Shown here: positions 61,203-64,000 of the stretch, in pieces
Numbering within the stretch: the stretch's first letter is position 1
Layout of the letters: the number at the start of each line of letters is the position of its first letter
DNA from: an uncultured delta proteobacterium
GTDB lineage: Bacteria; Myxococcota_A; Polyangia; Polyangiales; JAFGIB01
Assembly: GCA_963778655.1 (NCBI GenBank)
Contig: CAVZVA010000011.1
Coordinates: 512,001-576,000 of the forward strand
DNA: 64,000 nt
Direction of reading: 5' to 3'
Translations under genes and position numbers: made by a program
Notes under the pieces: generated by a model
What the model saw: only the letters and a program-made list of their open reading frames with translations
Databases searched by the model: none
Told to the model about the DNA's origin: nothing

Positions 61203-61526
61203 TCACGTTCTCCGAACATCCTTCAGCCGCTCCAAGGTGCTCTCGAGAGATCTCTTCAACTTGTCAGCCGCGCCATCTACCGCCTCGTCCAGGCTCGCAG
61301 CTTGGTGCGTGACGGCGGTGGGCTGGCGACCCTCGAGGCGAACCTCCATCATGCAGCGTTTGTCGTCTTGGCCGCTCTTGTCGCCGTTCTGGTCGCTAAG
61401 GTGGACTTCTACCCGTGTGATGTGATCGCTGAATCGGCTTAGGGCGCTCTCCACCACGCCCTTGACGTGCATGGCGAGCTCCTCGCGCCCTTCGATGTTG
61501 TGGTCTGTATTGATCTGGATGTGCAT
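61203..61526 (-). CDS. HPF/RaiA family ribosome-associated protein
   Basis: MHIQINTDHNIEG...SRFSDHITRVEVHLSD...KRCMMEVRLEG...AVDGAADKL; GAGGAG RBS. Confidence 0.88.
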   Translation of the reverse strand: MHIQINTDHNIEGREELAMHVKGVVESALSRFSDHITRVEVHLSDQNGDKSGQDDKRCMMEVRLEGRQPTAVTHQAASLDEAVDGAADKLKRSLESTLERLKDVRRT

Positions 61527-61554
61527 CCCGTTCTCCTCGGTGATCCGTGTCTAC

Positions 61555-62724
61555 TCAGTATCGATAGATCGCGGCCAGCCCCGTGCGCGATGGCATCCCC
61601 TCAGCGGGAACCACCAGCACCGTTCCGCCCTTCTTCGCGACCAGCTCGCCCAGGTCGTCGAGCAGGTCATCGTTTTGCGGGTCGCTCAGGTCGGCGAGCT
61701 CGACCCGACCTGTGGCGCTGTCGAGCCGGCCGCCGATCTGGCGATCGGCATCGATCAGCAGCGTCTCGACCCGGCCGGAGGTGGAGGCCTCTGCGACTTG
61801 CGACAGGTCGTCACTTCCGATGCTCTTGGAGCGGGCTTGCTCGAACTCTTCGCGTAGGGATGCCAGCCGCGCTTGATATCGAGGCTCGACGGCCTGCCAG
61901 GCGAGCGCGCGGAGCTCGTCGGCCGGCAGGGAATCGGGGTTGAATCTAACACCCTCGTCGAGGAGAAGGGGGTTCTGGCTGACCTGGTGAAAAAGGTGAT
62001 GGTGTTCCGGCAACGCCGCCAGGATCAGTGCAAGGCCAGAGGGCTTGGTGTAGTGCTCGAGAACCGCGCGATCGACGGCGCGGAAGAACCGCTCCGCGTC
62101 GACGTCTGCCTCGTCTGCCTTCCCGCCGTGGCCGTGGTGCATTCGGTTGCTTGCCCCGCCGACGCCTCCGTAGGAGGCGACGGTCTGGTGCGGTTCAGTC
62201 AGCTCCCCGCCCAGCGCGTCAGCGATTGTCCGCGGGACCCCTGGAACCAGATCGAGCTCATCAAGCGCGTGTCGGTTGCCCTCGAACAACCGAATCTTGT
62301 CGAGGCTCAGTCCGAGGACTTGGTAGCGATCGACCGACTGTAGGAAGCGCCGCAGAGGCTTGGTGTGGAAGCTGTCGGCAACCACGGCCAATTCGGCGAC
62401 CGACTGCGGAATCCTCAGGGCCCGAAAGATGCCGTGCCCGCCCAGAACGGCCAAGCCATCGAGGGTGTGGTTCCAGAACTCGGCTTCGTGTGCGAGGGCC
62501 TCGAAGGGTTGCAGCAACAGCTGCGTCTCCGCGCTCGGATACTTCTGGCGGAGCGATGCTTCCAGTTCTTTCACGAGGTTCCGAAACCGGATCGGATCCT
62601 GTTGGTTCTCTGGATGCCGCCGGTGAGTCGGCTGGTACAGCGAGAGACACGGCGGTTCGTGGTTGGACGAAAATCCGGCAAGCACTTCATTCGTAAGTCC
62701 GATCGTCGTGGGTCTTTTGATCAT
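61555..62724 (-). CDS. baeRF3 / Balon-like aeRF1-homologous ribosome hibernation factor
   Basis: CLSLYQPTHRRHPENQQDPIRFRNL, VADSFHTKPL, GRVETLLI, DDLLDDL...GGTVLVV, LAAIYRY; no GGQ. Confidence 0.82.
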   Translation of the reverse strand: MIKRPTTIGLTNEVLAGFSSNHEPPCLSLYQPTHRRHPENQQDPIRFRNLVKELEASLRQKYPSAETQLLLQPFEALAHEAEFWNHTLDGLAVLGGHGIFRALRIPQSVAELAVVADSFHTKPLRRFLQSVDRYQVLGLSLDKIRLFEGNRHALDELDLVPGVPRTIADALGGELTEPHQTVASYGGVGGASNRMHHGHGGKADEADVDAERFFRAVDRAVLEHYTKPSGLALILAALPEHHHLFHQVSQNPLLLDEGVRFNPDSLPADELRALAWQAVEPRYQARLASLREEFEQARSKSIGSDDLSQVAEASTSGRVETLLIDADRQIGGRLDSATGRVELADLSDPQNDDLLDDLGELVAKKGGTVLVVPAEGMPSRTGLAAIYRY

Positions 62725-62735
62725 GAGTCTCTCCG

Positions 62736-62945
62736 TTACACGTGTGCACGCCGCAATCGGAGCGCATCCCCAATGACCGACACCGAGCTGAAGCGCGTCG
62801 CGGCTGCGGCGACCATAGGGGACAAAAGCAGTCCGAAGAACGGGTAGACAACCCCGCCGGCGGTCGGAACACCCGCCGCGTTGTAGAGGAACGCAAAGAA
62901 CAAATTCTGCTTGATGTTGCGCATCGTCCTTCGCGACAGATGGCG
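62736..62945 (-). pseudogene. C-terminal remnant of a Cu-type P1B ATPase
   Basis: [26 protein letters not shown]...[21 protein letters not shown]; rest of gene absent. Confidence 0.85.
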
Positions 62946-63410
62946 AGCGCGAACGTCCCTTCTCTAGGGGTACGCACGAACCGAGCCGGCGCCACGCCCA
63001 TCGCTAAGAAAGGGCCGGCCGCATCAGCTGCGACGCCAGGTAGGCACGAGCGATCGCGGCATGGCCAATGGGCCACACCGGAGCGAAAGTGGTGCGCACG
63101 TTCGACGCGGATCTCTCCATCGATCTGACGCACGCGTGCCATCAATCTGATGGCCTGGCCGTTCGCCCTGGTCCGGTGATGCGCCCAGAGCGCCAAGAAC
63201 CGTCAGCACCAGGGCCACTGCTCACGTCGCTCTTCTCAGGCCTAAGACGAGCCATGCCCGGTCGGCCGAGCGCACGGCACACTATTTGCACCGCAGCCAT
63301 CTCGACTAGCAAGAAAGCGGGATATCGATGATGGGCTCATGGGGGTTGTTGTGGATGGTCTTCATGCTTGTGCTTCTGGTGCCTTCGCTCGGCTACGGTT
63401 GGGGTACACC

Positions 63411-63609
63411 GTGAGCACCACCGATGGCGACATAGGAAGCGTGGCGAACTTCCTCCTGGCCGATGAGCACTGGACCATCCGGTATCTACTTGCCGAGACT
63501 CGTCGATGACGAGACCTGGTGAATACGCTATCTGGTGATCGACACGAGCAATTGGTGCTTTGGCAAGAAGGTTCTCGTTGCTCCCCACTGGGCAAGCCGC
63601 GTCCTCTAG
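63411..63609 (+). pseudogene. PRC-barrel protein remnant
   Basis: TTDGDIGSVANFLLADEHWTIRYL then, in another frame, [27 protein letters not shown]. Confidence 0.7.
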
Positions 63610-63656
63610 CTGGTCGCGCGGGATTGCCGTACATTCCGCCGCTTGTGCCTAATCTC

Positions 63657-64000
63657 ATGACGAAGCGTTCGAACACTGGCCTCCTGGGCCGTCTGTCTTT
63701 CCTGGATCGCTACTTGACCCTCTGGATCTTCGCCGCCATGGCGACGGGGATTGGACTTGGTTACGTGGCTCCGGGTGTGGTGAACGCGCTCGATAAGCTG
63801 AGCGTCGGCACGACGAGCATCCCCATCGCCATCGGGCTCATTTTGATGATGTACCCGCCGCTCGCCAAGGTGCGCTATGAGGACTTGGGACAGGTGTTTC
63901 GCAACAAGCGGGTGCTTGCGCTGTCGCTGGTACAGAACTGGATCGTCGGGCCCGTGCTCATGTTCGGCCTGGCCATTTTGTTCTTGCGAGACAAACCCGA
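63657..64000 (+). CDS. acr3: ACR3 family arsenite efflux transporter (runs off window edge)
   Basis: [49 protein letters not shown]. Confidence 0.93.
   Translation, partial: MTKRSNTGLLGRLSFLDRYLTLWIFAAMATGIGLGYVAPGVVNALDKLSVGTTSIPIAIGLILMMYPPLAKVRYEDLGQVFRNKRVLALSLVQNWIVGPVLMFGLAILFLRDKP

Larger units (their letters stand above)
58623..64000. mobile_element. tRNA-anchored genomic island (decayed; continues beyond window)
   Basis: Drop in GC right after the tRNA; TGGGACCC direct repeats; IS-type ORF; several truncated genes; stress and metal cargo. Confidence 0.65.

Overview
High-GC (about 70% by eye) bacterial chromosome segment, most likely from a myxobacterium (Myxococcota). This is inferred from an aglRQS gliding-motor operon, a TIGR04552-type protein and a PEGA-domain Ser/Thr kinase. 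Left to right it carries: a carotenoid operon (frameshifted crtY, crtE, crtI, crtB, DUF2141, CrtT-like methyltransferase); an M1 aminopeptidase; a cytochrome c; a SpoIVB/S55-like peptidase coupled to a beta-propeller protein; ilvN; the Ser/Thr kinase; a RelA/SpoT-synthetase-like protein divergent from a Lon whose catalytic Ser is replaced by Ala; a membrane HExxH/TPR protein; two back-to-back TolQ-R-R (Agl-type) motor operons; an MFS transporter; a 171-bp palindromic element; pntAB/pntB with no domain I gene; hppA; a TatT-TRAP transporter with no P subunit; a putative nuclease toxin plus immunity cassette; an OmpA protein; a beta-CASP nuclease; xseB; a divergent PPase; ribF; a PilZ protein; a PDZ-NuoH-like fusion; and tRNA-Ala(GGC). 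A lower-GC island follows the tRNA, with gene remnants, an IS-type ORF, a Balon/baeRF3-HPF ribosome-hibernation pair and acr3. No CRISPR array or rRNA was seen. All family calls come from motif recognition by eye, not database searches.
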